Below, piece after piece: positions 37,241-49,849 of a stretch of DNA of 64,000 nt. Origin of the DNA: Scyliorhinus canicula (lineage: Eukaryota); contig NW_024055498.1 in the NCBI RefSeq assembly GCF_902713615.1, forward strand, positions 4,582,554 through 4,646,553. The letters run 5' to 3'. The notes beneath the pieces were generated by a model, which saw only the letters and a list, made by a program, of their open reading frames with translations, did not search any database and was not told where the DNA came from. The number at the start of each line of letters is the position of its first letter. Within the stretch, counting starts at the first letter, position 1. Position numbers and translations under genes: made by a program.

Positions 37241-37739
37241 ACCACTTAATATCTTCTCACAGGGATTTACCTCAAGTGTATTTGCTAAATTACCTCCCAA
37301 GCATTTCGATAATGTCTTAATTAAGAAGACCAAACATTGCACAGAATTCCAGACTGGACTCCATTTCAGTCTTTCCCTCCACAGACCTCCCAATCCACCC
37401 TTGTATCTTATTGTGCTTTGCGCGTTTCCCAGAGATCATCCAATCTTTCTCTGCCTTTCAATGAAATGTTTCTTCCTGGTTCTGTATTAACTTTCTCCAG
37501 GTTTATATGGGTTCCCTAAGTTCCTGTTTCCCTCTGTTAAATTAGTATATCATTTCCACTCTCCCACTGCACTGCTTCAAAAGACCATAAGGCGATATGA
37601 AATTGGAACATAATTAGACCAATCGGCCTTTCAAGTCTCCCCCCCCCCCCCCATTCAATCATGGTTGATATTTTTTTCTCAACCACATTCCCCTCCCTTC
37701 TACCTAATCCCGTTATTAATCAAAAACCTATCTACCTAT

Positions 37740-38490
37740 CATGTCTCACCAAATTGATTGAGTTTTTTGAAGTGGTGATAAAGAAAGGTCTGTGGATGTA
37801 GTTTAAATGGACTTCAGAAAGGCGTTTGACAAGGTCCCACATGGCAGACTGTTACAAAAACTAAAATCACATGGGATTCGGTTTGGGCTGGCTGGCTGGA
37901 TACAGAAGTGGCTTGGTTATAGGAGTCAGAGAGTAGTGGTGGAAGGGTATTTTTCTGAACGGAGATATGTAGCTAGTGGTATTCCGCAGGGGACAGTGCT
38001 GGGACCTCTGCTGTTTGCAGTGTATGTAAATGTTCTGGAGGAAAACGTGGATGGTCTAATCAGCAAGTTTGCAGATGACACGAAGATTGCTGATAGTTCC
38101 GAAGATTGGCAGATAATAAAACAGGATATGGATAGATTGGCGAACTGGGAACAGAGATGACAGATGGAGTTTAATTCGGACAAATGCGAGTTGATGCATT
38201 TTGGAGGATCTAATCTAGGTATAAATTATACTATAAATGGCAGAACCATTATGAACATTAACATACAGAGGGATCTGGGCATGCAAGTCCACAGTTCCGT
38301 AAAAGTGGCAATACGTGGGTTTGAGTAGGGTGATCATTGCTCGGCACACCGTCGAGGGCCGAAGGGCCTGTTCTGTGCTGTACTGTTCTATGTTTTATGT
38401 AATATTGGTGGCCAAGGTGTTGAAGAAGGCATGTGGCATGCTTGCCTTCATCAGCCGGGGCATTGAGTACAAGGAGTTGGGAAATGAAGT
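37740..38490 (+). mobile_element. CR1 RT fragment with a nested SINE tail
   Basis: ORF 37807-38160 [12 protein letters not shown]...SKFADDTK. Confidence 0.8.
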
Positions 38491-38492
38491 TG

Positions 38493-38671
38493 CAGAGCAC
38501 GGAGAACTGTACAGAAATCTGAACATGGTGAGGATTATCGACACAGTGGTACAGTACACAGACAAGCTATGCAAAACAGCCGACAGGGCGAGGATCATAG
38601 ACACAGTGATACAATGCACAGTGAATGCTGTGCAAAACACTGAACAGGGTGAGGATTACTGACACGCCGTG
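38493..38671 (+). repeat. Orphan diverged array of RSS-like units (period about 60 bp)
   Basis: CACAGTG at 38542 and 38602, each followed by GCAAAACA.-like nonamers at 22-23 nt; linker .gaca.gg.gaggat.a resembles the 53433 array. Confidence 0.7.
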
Positions 38672-38739
38672 GTAAAGACATAGAGTGATGTAAATCCAGC
38701 GGAGATTTCAGCAACTTTGCCATTTTGGAAATTCAAGAC

Positions 38740-38960
38740 TCACAGTTGAAAGTACAGCACGAACACACGCACAAACACGCATATAACACAGAAACTCACA
38801 CGAACAAACACACACATACAAAAGCACAGAAGTGCGCACACATTAACAATCACAAACACACACAAGCAAATACACAAACATAAGTAGAGGCATACACACA
38901 AACTCACACACACACACACAAACACAGACAAAAATGCACACAGTAACACACACAAACAAA
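38740..38960. repeat. (CA)n-rich degenerate microsatellite
   Basis: acacac-rich tract. Confidence 0.8.
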
Positions 38961-40649
38961 CACAGAATATATTTATCTAGAATAATGTATTTGCAATTAG
39001 CCTTATGTGTTTGCAGGGCTGAATCTAATAATTAAACACTCTGGGGTTTGACGTTCGTTCTTCTTTACTTGGGGAATTCATATTCGTCTTTCTGTCCCCC
39101 CAGAATTATTACTTCTGTTAAAGTTTCCAACGAATGAAGGAACAAGGAGCTCTAGAGTATTTGGGTGAGGTTCATTTCAGGTGGATCAGTAGGTTATGAA
39201 AGTGGTGATCAAAGCACATAGTTTCCTGACCTCCAGAACAGAGCTGAGTGATACAAAAGAGAGGAAGCGTTGGCGATGCTGCATAAAAAATAATGGTTCG
39301 CCCTGAACTGGAGTGCTGTGTACATTTCCGGGAATCGCACATTGGGAATGTTAAGAACGCTTCAGCAAGGAGGCCGAGAAGTTTTCCACAATTTTCCAGT
39401 GATGAAAATAAATCAGTTACTTGGATGGGTTGGAGAAGTTGGGGGTTCTTCTCTATGTCGGATGCAAGGTTCAGATGAGATTTTGTAGAGCTGTTCAAAA
39501 TCAAGTTTTTTTTCGGGACCGAGTAGATAGAAATAAACGATTCCATTTTTTGAAAGATTCGAGAAGCAGAACAGGACGTTGTGTTTCCATTCACCTCCTT
39601 AGTGAATGGGCCGTGGCTCCAAAAACCCACTGTGGCACAAGGCGAATTGATCACACATTTTGCCGTTTACCAACTGCACTATTTTATCCATTTGGTGGTA
39701 CCTTCATTTTGAAGTGAGTTGTCATATACTTTTTACCCAAAAGGGACGGCAGGTGCCCCCTCCCACAGAATTACACAAACATGTCCTATCATACGTCAAA
39801 GATACGTCTCTTTACCGTTCTATCTTCGATGCAACATCGCAAAATACTGTCCGCACTTCGGGAGCACGGTGATTAGCTGTTTCTGTCATTAATGTGTGGT
39901 CAACAGGCGACAGATTATCTTCAAATGCACACAGCATTAAAACAACCAGTGTCCAAAACCTAGTTAGTCTTGATCGAAATCTTGAAGTGGGCATAGACTC
40001 GGGTACCTGAACATCTTGTTCTCGTTTTTAAAATTATGTCAAAGGTGTCAGGAGTGGTTTCAAAACGATTCGGAAGAACGTGATCTTTTTAATGCATTGA
40101 CTCAGAAAGTAGGCTGAAGGTGAAACCCTTCTGTCGGCCAATTTAACATGATTTCATACAACAGACAGCCAAAGCGGGATCAAATATCTTCAAGGAGTAC
40201 ATTTAATTTTGTAATATCGCCACAATAGACAAACCTGATTTAATTTATCAATGGATCCGAAGAAAACAAAGCCTCAGGATTTGTCATCCAATAACAATCA
40301 GGACATGGAGCGAACATAAAGTCAGAGCCCAGTGTGTTAATCAAGGACACAGAGGCAGTAACACTATAATTAAGACCTTAAAACCATCAGAGGACAAGTC
40401 GAGAGTAAGAACCAAGGAAACGTATCCAGCTCATTAATTATGTGAATTCGGTGAAAAGTGACAAGAGAACGGGCCAGATGAAATAATCAAGGGACCTTGG
40501 ACTTCGAAAAATATTCTAATATTTCCCTCAGTGATTTAGTCTCAATTTTGGTTGCCTGCTCCCATGTGAATTAAACTGGCCAGTTTTATGATAGTTAACG
40601 AGTTTTGTAAATGTAAGTTGTTTTTGATAATACACTTTGTATGGCGTGG

Positions 40650-40990
40650 GGGGCAGCGCGGTAACACAGTGGTTAGCACAGTTGCTTCACAGCTCCAGGG
40701 TCCCAGGTTCGATTACCTGCTGGGTCACTGTCTGTGCGGAGTCTGCACGTTCTCCCTGTGTCTGCGTAGGTTTCCTCCGGGTGCTCTGGTCTCCTCTCAC
40801 AATCCAAAGATGCGCAGGTTAGACGGAATGGCCATGATGAATTGCACTTAGCATCCAAAAAAAAGGCTAGCTGTTGGTTACTGGGTTACGGGGACACGGC
40901 GGAGACGTGGACTTAAGTAGGGTGCTCTTTCCAGGAGCCGGTGCAGACTCTATGGGCAGAATAGCCTCCTTCTGCACTGTAACGTCTATG
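40650..40990 (+). mobile_element. HE1-like SINE
   Basis: Head gggggcagcgcggtaacacagtggttagcac plus conserved body. Confidence 0.8.
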
Positions 40991-41149
40991 AATAGCTGCT
41001 GGTGTCTCCCGGTAGAATTTGTGTTGTGTGGGTATAATTTGCATTCTGTGAGGAACCTGTTTTTTGCATGCCAGTCTAACTGCTGTTATGTGAGTAAGTC
41101 CGACAGCATGTTGCTAACACTGTGTCAGGCTAATTCTCCCCGATTACAC

Positions 41150-44100
41150 GATAAGACATAGAACCATAATTAGGCCACTCGGCCCATCGAGTTGCTCCGC
41201 CATTCAATCATGGCTGATACTTTTCTCATCCCCATTCTTCTGCCTTCTCCCCATAACCCCTGATCCCCTTATTAATCAAGAACCTATCTATCTCTGCCTT
41301 CAAGACGTTCAGCGATTTGGCCTCAACAGCTTGCTGCGGCAAAAATATCTACAGATTCACTACCCTCTGGCTGAAGAAGTTTCTCCTCATCTCTGTTTTA
41401 ACGGATCGTCCCTTTGGTCTGGGATTGTGTTCTCTACTCATTTTTCCTACAAGTGGAATCATCCTCTCCATGTCCACTCTATCCAGGCCTCGCAGTATCC
41501 TGTAAGTTTCAACAAGATCCCCACTCATCCTTCTAAGCTCCAATGACTACAGACCCAGAGTCCTCAACTGATCCTCATACGACAAGGTGTTGATTCCAAG
41601 GATTGTTCTTGTGGATCTCCTCTGGACCCTTTCTACGGGCTGCACATCTTTCCTTTTTTTGGTGGCAGCTGAATATATTTTTTCAGGCAGGAACATAACA
41701 TAAAAACAGCAGAGACCAACACTGAGCACTTCCCTCAGTGCCGAACTGAATTTTAAAAAACCAATAAATTAAAAATCTGTCACCAACTTTTAAATTCCTC
41801 CCCTCCCACTTTTACAAGTTCCTCACCGCTCATCTTCCAAATTGCGACTTTTTGGAAGGGGGGAGGGATGGTGGGGCGGGGCGGAGAAAAGAATGGCCCC
41901 AAAAAATGGCCCCTGGCTCACTCAAAATGGCCACTGCTTCGTTTAAAATGGCCAGCCCCTCCTCACTCAAAATGCCCACCAACCCGCTCGCTCAGGTGAC
42001 GAACGCACTTTGTTTTTTACAAAAGAAAAGGGAACAAACACAGCAGTAATCCTCGAGCACCACCTAAAAATATTGTCCTTCTCAGAATAAAAGGAGGAAA
42101 GCAATGTTGAATGGATGGGCTTCGAACCGTGACCCCGGGACGGGAATTCCGATGTGCGGCTCAAAATGGCCGCCACCCCTGCTCAAATCGGCCGTCAGCT
42201 CTCCCCCTGCCCCTTACTCCTGCTCAAAATGCTCATCTTTCCTTAGATACGGGGTCCAAAACTTCTCACAGTACTCCAAATGGAGCATGACCAGGGCCTC
42301 ATACAGCCACAGAAGTACGTCCCTGGTCTTGTATTCTAGCCCTCTTGACATGAATGCTGACATTGAATTTGCCTTCCTAACTTCCGACTGAACATGCACG
42401 TTAACCTTAAGAGAATCGTGAAAACGGACAGCCATGTCCCTTTGTGCTTCTGGATTCCTGAGCATTTCCCCATTTAGAAAATAGTCTATGTCGAAATTCC
42501 TCCTTCCAAAGTGCATAACCAAACTTTACCACGTTATATTTCATTTGCCACTTCATTGCCCAATCTTCTCGCCTGTCCAAATCCTTCTGCAGCCCCCTTA
42601 TTTCCTCAATGCTACCTGTCCCTCTACAGATATTTGTATCATCTGCAAACTTAGCAGCAGTGCCTCCAGTTACTTCTTCCAGATCATTAATGTATATTGT
42701 GAAAGGTTGTGGTCCCAGCACAGATCCTGCAGCAGACCACGAGTCACAGGCCGCCACCATGCATAAAAGTTATATCCCCCAATTTTACTCTAAATTTAAT
42801 GTCGGAAAAGTACACCTGGACACGGGTTAAAAGTACACAATGCAATTATAGGATAAAGGAAATGCCTCTTACACACAGAGAGTGCTAAATGTGTGAAATT
42901 ACCACTCGTCATCGGCTGCCATCCTGAAAAAAACCCTTTATCCCCACTCTCTGCCTTCTGTCAGTCAGCCAATCCCGTACCCATGCCAGGATCTGAGAAT
43001 TAACAATATGGGCTCTTAACTTAATGATCAATCTCCTATGCGGCACCTTATCAAAGGCCTTCTCGAAATCTAAATAAATCACTTCCACTGGTTCTCCTTT
43101 GTCTCACTTCCTTGTTACCTCGTCAAAGACTCTAACAGATCTGTCAGACATGACCTCCTTTTGAAAAAGCCATGCTGACTCGGTCCTATTTTACCATGCA
43201 CTTCCAAGTACTCCGCGATTTCATCTCTAATTATGGACTCTAAAATCCCACCAATGACTGAAGTCAAGCCAACCGGCCTCTAATTTCCCGTCTCCTGCCT
43301 CCCTCCCTTCTTAAACAGTGGTGTTACATGAGCCACCTTCCAGTCCTCTGGTACCCTTCCTGCCTCCAGTGATTTCTGAAAGATCACTACCAATGCCTCA
43401 GCAATCTCCTCAGCTATCTCTTTTGGAAACCTGCGGTGCAGTCCATCCGGTCCAGTTGACCTCTCCACTTTCAGAACTTTCAGTGTCCCCAGAACTTTCT
43501 CCTTAGTGATAGCCACTGCACTCACCTCTGCCCCCTGTTTCTCCTGGAGCTTTGGCATCCCACTGGTATCTTCCACCGTGAAGACTGATGCAAAGTAGCT
43601 ATTCAGTTCGTCTGCCATTTCTTTGTTTCCTATTATTACTTCTTAGAACAGTACAGCACAGAACAGGCCCTTCGGCCCTCAATGTTGTGCCGAGCCATGA
43701 TCACCCTACTCAAACCCACGTATCCACCCTGTACCCGTAACCCAACAACCCCCCCTTAACCTTACTTTTTTTTTATTAGGACACTACGGGCAATTTAGCA
43801 TGGCCAATCCACCTAACCCGCACATCTTTGGACTGTGGGAGGAAACCGGAGCACCCGGAGGAAACCCACGCACACAGGGGGAGGACGTGCAGACTCCACA
43901 CAGACAGTGACCCAGCCGGGAATCGAACCTGGGACCCTGGAGCTGTGAAGCATTTATGCTAACCACCATGCTACCCTGCTGCCCAGGCACATTGTCCAGT
44001 GGTCCAATGTCTATTTTTGCCTCTCTCTTTATATTGAAAAAACTCTTCCCATCTTCATTTATATTAGTAGCTAGCTTGCACTCATATTTCATCTTCGCTT

Positions 44101-44200
44101 TCCTTATTGATATTTTATCTGTCATCTGCTCGCTCTTAAAGGCTTCCCAATCCTCTGGCTTCTCACTAATCCTCGCCACTTTTTTATGTTTTTTTCTTTT
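41150..44200 (-). mobile_element. Cluster of CR1 fragments with a nested HE1 SINE (43644-43984)
   Basis: ORFs 41349-41543, 42214-42522, 42407-42760 (AKFADDT) and 43280-43618 (GPDGLH, WKVAHVTPLFKKG). Confidence 0.8.
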
Positions 44201-44911
44201 GCGTTTATACTGTCCTTGAGTCTAATGTCACTGAGATAAACTGGCTTATACGTGATGGCTATAATACTTCTTCATTGAGTCACAATAGTGAACATTCCAC
44301 ATGACTAAACAGGCCTTGCTATTAATCAATTCAATTACAAACTACGCTGAGCTGCACGAGATGTCGATACCCGCTCGGTGTCTCCCTGGAGTCACTCAAC
44401 ATTCCAACCCCCAACCAAACGAAAATGGAAAATGAATCCTGTGTCTGTTTTTCAAGTAACTGTGAATCACTCCTTTAATAAAAGTGGACGGCTGTTGCTG
44501 GAATCAGACACAGAAAGAGAAAATACTGGGCACGGTACATCACATCCTTTCCCTCTCCACAGCTGCTGTAAGACCTTCTGGGATTGTCAACTCCTCAGTA
44601 GGTTAGTGCTGTCCGTGGTAACTAACCACATGATAGAATTATTTTAGAAAGCTGTGGTTCCTGGGCATCCTGCTAGAGGGAGCAACTTGAGTATATATTT
44701 CCAAAAATCCAAACATTGGGCAGTTTCTGACTTTGCGTCTAAATCGGGCAGTATCGTGTGGATTACAATGTCACAATTGTGTTGAATTATTTTACCATTG
44801 TTTTGAGGTGGATTACATTCCTGTAGGAATGCGATATGTTCTGCCGGTTCATTCTCAGCTATTTCACACTTTCGCTTAAATTTAACATTCTCATGCTTGC
44901 AACATGGAGCT

Positions 44912-45252
44912 GGGGCAGCAGGGTAGCATGGTGGTTAGCATAAATGCTTCACAGCTCCAGGGTCCCAGGTTCGATTCCCGGCTGGATCACTGTCTGTGTG
45001 GAGTCTGCACGTCCTCCCCCTGTGTGCGTGGGTTTCCACCGGGTGCTCCGGTTTCCTCCCACAGTCCAAAAATGTGCGGGTTAGGTGGATTGGCCATGCT
45101 AAATTGCCCGTAGTGTCCTAAAAAGTAAGGTTAAGGGGGGGTTGTTGGGTTACGGGTATAGGGTGGATACGTGGGTTTGAGTAGGGTGATCATGGCTCGG
45201 CACAACATTGAGGGCCGAAGGGCCTGTTCTGTGCTGCACTGTTCTATGTTCT
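44912..45252 (+). mobile_element. Young HE1-like SINE
   Basis: Full head, body and CR1-type tail gttctatgttct. Confidence 0.85.
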
Positions 45253-45259
45253 AACAGTG

Positions 45260-45960
45260 GCGGACTGATGTTGGGCCTAAGCTGCGAAGCCACCTGACGG
45301 ACAGTTTTACAGTCGATGTGGTTTTCTGTCCCAGAGGAGAAGTTAACCAGACTGAGTGTAAAACACGCGGCTCACTCACGCCAGCATGAAACCAATTTCA
45401 TCCCCATGTTCGCGAGGCACTTGCCCAGCATCCGTATCACTAGGCCAGTGTCATAGCCACTTTACTAAAGTTTCTTATGGGTTCGGGAGTAGCATTATTG
45501 TGCCTTGCAATTACTATTTCCTGTTCTGCACTGTCACTGGGAAAGACAGCTCTTTTGACTCCCTCACAACCTGTCTCAGATGCAATCCAGCAGCTATGTC
45601 CTTTAAGATTCGGCCTACTACGTCTATGCTGGTGCTTCCCGAGGTATTCTTGATGATGAACATTGAAGTCCCCCACCCAGAGTACATTTCGTCCCCTTGC
45701 CACCTCAGTGTTTCCTCCAAATGATGTTCAGCATGGAGGAGTACTGATTCATCAGCTGTCGGGGGATGGTACTTGGCAATCAGCAGGATGTTTATTTGTC
45801 CATGCTTCATCTGAAACCAGTTTCACGGGATCTGGGGTCGAATTTGGGCTCTCCCAGGGGAACACCCTCCCGGATGTATAGCGTTGTGCCGCCACCTCTG
45901 CTGAGTCTGTTCGACTGGTGGGACGAGGCATCCGCAGGGATGGGGAGGATATGTTTCTAA
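45260..45960 (-). mobile_element. Non-LTR retrotransposon endonuclease remnant
   Basis: YHPPTADESVLL...NVLWVGDFNVHH (APE-type EN motifs) split across frames. Confidence 0.65.
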
Positions 45961-47744
45961 CCTTCTCTGTGTGTGAGGAGAACACTTGTTAACCGATTTG
46001 CTGATCACTTTCCCAGTGCCAAACAGAACAGTTAATCCAGGGGTTCCTGAAGTGTCGTTCTTCACAGTTTGATGTCTGTCAATCAGAAAATTCGTGTTCA
46101 GTCACATTGAAATTGCAGATTTGGACAAGATGACAAGCACAGTTTACTGGAAATCAAAAACACATTCGGACTTTAAGCAATGTGTGGCCAACTCTCCCTC
46201 TTTATCTGTATGTTTCACGTCAAACTGAAGGAACGATCAGATACTCGGCGTGTTGAAGAAAATTGGCCTTTGTTTTCTCTGCTTCTCCTTCAAAACTCAT
46301 CTGATTAAAACACAGCCTCCTCCGTCCTTGCTGGATACCAGATCTGGGCACCAGTCTGTGGAGTATGAACTAGGAAAAGCCATACCTTCTTTCTCCAAAC
46401 ATTCTACTGACGCCATAGGTTTCTGAACTGCATTACATTAGCACAGCCTTCGAAAAGTCATTGCGCAGGGAATAGGTAAATATTTGTATACTGGGATCAT
46501 CAAGAACTTCGTGTTCCATTCCCTCATCATTCAATCTCACAAAGAGGTCATTCAGCACATGGTGCCTGACTGACCTCTGAGGGGAGCGTTCAAATTACTC
46601 TGCCTCTATTGCCCCTGCCCCGCTGCCTTGCTAAAGGTTCGAAGTCAGGACATTATCCTATTCAATGTTTGACATTTAAATCCGCTTCCACATGCCTTTC
46701 AGTCAGTGAACACGTCTCAAATTCACACATTGCAAAGCAAATACCAGCTCAAATTGTCTCTGGTTCTTTAGCAAATGTCAATCCTTCACATGCAAGTTCT
46801 CTGGTGACTGAACCTTCTGCCACTAGAGGCAATATCTCCTTATTTATTCAACCGGAATTGTTGACAGCTGTCAATATCAATCAAATCTTCTCTCAGACTT
46901 CTCAGTTTTACGGAGAACAGGATCACATTCCCCAGTCTTTCCACAAAGCGGAAGCATTTCTTCATTGGTTCCATTTTAATGATGTCCCACACCCTCTCCA
47001 TGGCCCTCAATCATTCATCAGATGTGGTGCACAGATTTGAACAATAATCTAGCCCAGATATTATCAACGTTATACAAATGTATAGCGTAACATTTTCACC
47101 TTTTGTATTGATAAAGCCAGTAATCTCAAATGCATTTCACAGAAGTCTCAACCTTCCCTCTCATCACATCACTTCTCTCGCTCTTTCCACAGTGCCTATA
47201 AAATTGTATAATTTACTATATATTACCTCTCCTCGTTCTTCCAAGCCCCTAACCCGATCCGATAATGTGCATTGTCCTTCTGAATATCTGTCCATTCTCT
47301 GTCACTGCAAATTAGAATTCTGAATATGACAGAACTGGAAAGTAATCGTTACTAAATTGAAGCATTGTTAGAATTGAAAAAAACATAGACGGCGATGGTG
47401 CAGTAATCATTGTGTATATTGTAAATATCTACCTGGATATTATCAGTGGTCTGTATCATATTGTAACCTGATCATCAGTTTCTGGATTGAAGGAAGCTGC
47501 CGGCTCTGAGGCTTCGGCATTCTGATCAGTCATTTAAGCGAGGTTCCATGAACCGTTTCAGAGTTTTGTTAAAGGTATTACCGGCACCATTGCAATAATA
47601 GTGTAAATACGACCACCCAACAAAATCACATGGACCGATCTCCCAACTCATTTCTGAAATGAAAAGGGGGCGAGAGCATCTACTGACAGAACAACTCGCC
47701 CTCCGAACCCCTGTTCAATAGACTGAGGTGGGAGAGGTTGTTTA

Positions 47745-48060
47745 ATAATAATCATAATAATCTTTATTATTGTCACAAGTAGCCTTGCATTAACACTGCA
47801 ATGAAGTTACTGTGAAATCCGCCGGTCGCCGCATTCCGGCGCCTGTTCAGGTACACAGAGGGATAATTCAGAATGTCCAATTAACCTAACAGCACGTCTT
47901 TCGGGACTTGTGGGAGGAATCCGGAGCACCCGGAGGAAACGCACGCAAGCACGGGGAGAACGTGCCGACTCCGCACAGACAGTGACCCAAGCCAGGAATC
48001 GAACCTGGGACCCTGGCGCTGTACAGCAACGGTGCCAACCATTGTGCTACCATGCGGCGC
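47745..48060 (-). mobile_element. HE1-related SINE
   Basis: Matches the copy at 16330-16637. Confidence 0.75.
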
Positions 48061-48333
48061 AGTTTGAGCTCCGTTTGAACTGCAGCTCACAAAACTAATG
48101 AAGCGATAGGCAAGTGGAGGCTCCGTGGTAGCAAGGGCTGTGGATGTTCACAACCGGCTGCCCCGCTTAAATACTCAAGTTCTGTTGTGAGCTGCACTGT
48201 GGGCGTGGCCTAATTTACCGATTTAAGGGCGTAATTTAGTTTTAGTTCAGCTCTGAGGAGCAGTCTCCCAGAGCAGTCCAGGTTTGCAGTCTCCCGATCC
48301 CCGTCATCTAAACCATCAGCTGCAGGCAGCAGA

Positions 48334-48805
48334 ATGACGGGAATCCTCCTTGTTTTCACCCTGTGTGTCTGTTTACCCCGTGAGTACCGATCAGACTAAC
48401 CCAGATTGTGTGGATTTAATATAAAGCTGCCCGAGTCCATCCCAATTACAGACCCTGTCTGGGGTTTTAGCCCTGATCTGTGTTTCTGGCTGTGATGGTC
48501 CATTAAACTGTCTTCTGTTTAATTTCCAGGATGTTTGAGTCTGAAAGTGAAACAGGACCCAGAAGCGGTGACCAGCGAGGAGTGTCAGACTCTCACCATT
48601 AACTGTGTGTATTCCGGTGATAAATTCGAAAATGGAAATTTCTTCAGACAAACCCAGCCCGGGGTAGGTTGGGAGCGGATCTCCAGCGGAGGGAGATTTG
48701 TTGTGTCGGTGAATAAAGCAGAAAAGACATTTTCGCTGGAAATTCGGGATGTGAGAGTTGAAGACAGCGCCACCTATTACTGTAAAGCTCAGTATTACTG
48801 GAGCA
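48334..48805 (+). CDS. NAR-TCR-type (IgNAR-like) V gene segment: leader exon 48334-48379, V exon 48530-48805
   Basis: Leader MTGILLVFTLCVCLP, GT-AG phase-1 intron, open frame RCLSLKVKQDPEAVTSEECQTLTINC...FFRQ...RFVVSVNKAEKTFSLEIRDVRVEDSATYYCKAQYYWS; short domain without a CDR2 region, YCKA ending and extra FR1 Cys (48583). Confidence 0.88.
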
Positions 48806-48843
48806 CACAGTGATGGGTCTCGGCTTCCCGCGATACAAAACCC
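48806..48843 (+). promoter_or_regulatory. V RSS with 22-nt spacer
   Basis: CACAGTG (48806-48812), 22 nt, ACAAAACCC (48835-48843). Confidence 0.9.
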
Positions 48844-49167
48844 CTCAGTGCGGATTATCACAGAAACAAATGTAAAAACGGAGTTAATCTGCCCCTGAAA
48901 CCCCCACAGTTCCGCCTCCCACTGTCTGCCCCATGCTCTGGTTTATAACGAGACTGGTTCATTCCCGTTAACATCTTGAGTTTTATAAACGCCGAGTTTG
49001 TGCGGATGTTGATACTTTTCCAGAAATTAGTGTCAGTGAATGGAGATTGGGAATAACTGATCTCAGTGACGAACCCTCAGACCAGCCGGATCCTGTTCCA
49101 ACAGAGGGAACTGGTAACCGCAGTCCCCACTGTTGAAGTTATGTCCCCACGTTCACCATATAGCCGG

Positions 49168-49239
49168 GGATTTTATATTGACTTGCCATACTGTGCTTGG
49201 ATTGGGATATTCACAGTGACAGAGACCGGGACAATTTCC
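49168..49239 (+). other. D segment (49196-49211, 16 nt) flanked by 12-RSS on both sides
   Basis: GGATTTTAT-12-TACTGTG-[cttggattgggatatt]-CACAGTG-12-ACAATTTCC. Confidence 0.8.
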
Positions 49240-49551
49240 TCCGCACAAAGCAAGTAACAATTCGCCCGGCCTGGTGGCGAATTATCGGGATGATGTTATC
49301 ATGTCTGTAACCTGGTTACGTTTCATTGTCATTTCCACCATTTCCATCTTTCTTTATCATTTTCGTCCGTTTATATGAAGCGAATATTTCCTGCCTCCAG
49401 CCATTTAGTCATAGCTCAGGGCCTCACAGAGAACGGTTTAAATCAACAGAGTCTCTGAAACATTGGATGTTGTTTATGTATTTCAACCCCCCGAATAATT
49501 GGGCAGCATCGAATGACTGGTGATCATTTTCTTGCTGTTTGAGGTATCGGT

Positions 49552-49649
49552 GGTTATTATACCGGGGAGTCTGAGAACCGCGTCACTGTGTGATAACTGG
49601 AAATATGATTATGCAGAGGGATCCGGGACGGTGATGACTGTCACAGCCG
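49552..49649 (+). other. NAR-type J segment (49591-49649) with 23-RSS
   Basis: GGTTATTAT-23-CACTGTG, then DNWKYDYAEGSGTVMTVTA and a phase-1 GTAAGT donor at 49650; EGxGT resembles IgNAR J. Confidence 0.88.
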
Positions 49650-49849
49650 GTAAGTGTCTCCAAACCCCGCTATTTTACAGAGCGTGTCCGTGAATGTTAG
49701 CCCTCAGTTTATTATTATAATCCGTATTTCTTAAAACCGATTGAAACTGGAGCTGATCTGCTTTCTAAGTAATATTCTTGGCGGCAGATTTTGATTTCCG
49801 AGCAGAATATGATTCTGGAGTTGGGTCCAGGTTTTTCCTGTGGAAACTG

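Noticed and set aside
45995-46080. FGTG motif on the minus strand resembling a TCR J
   Set aside because: It lacks the FGxGT threonine, a properly placed RSS and a downstream splice donor.
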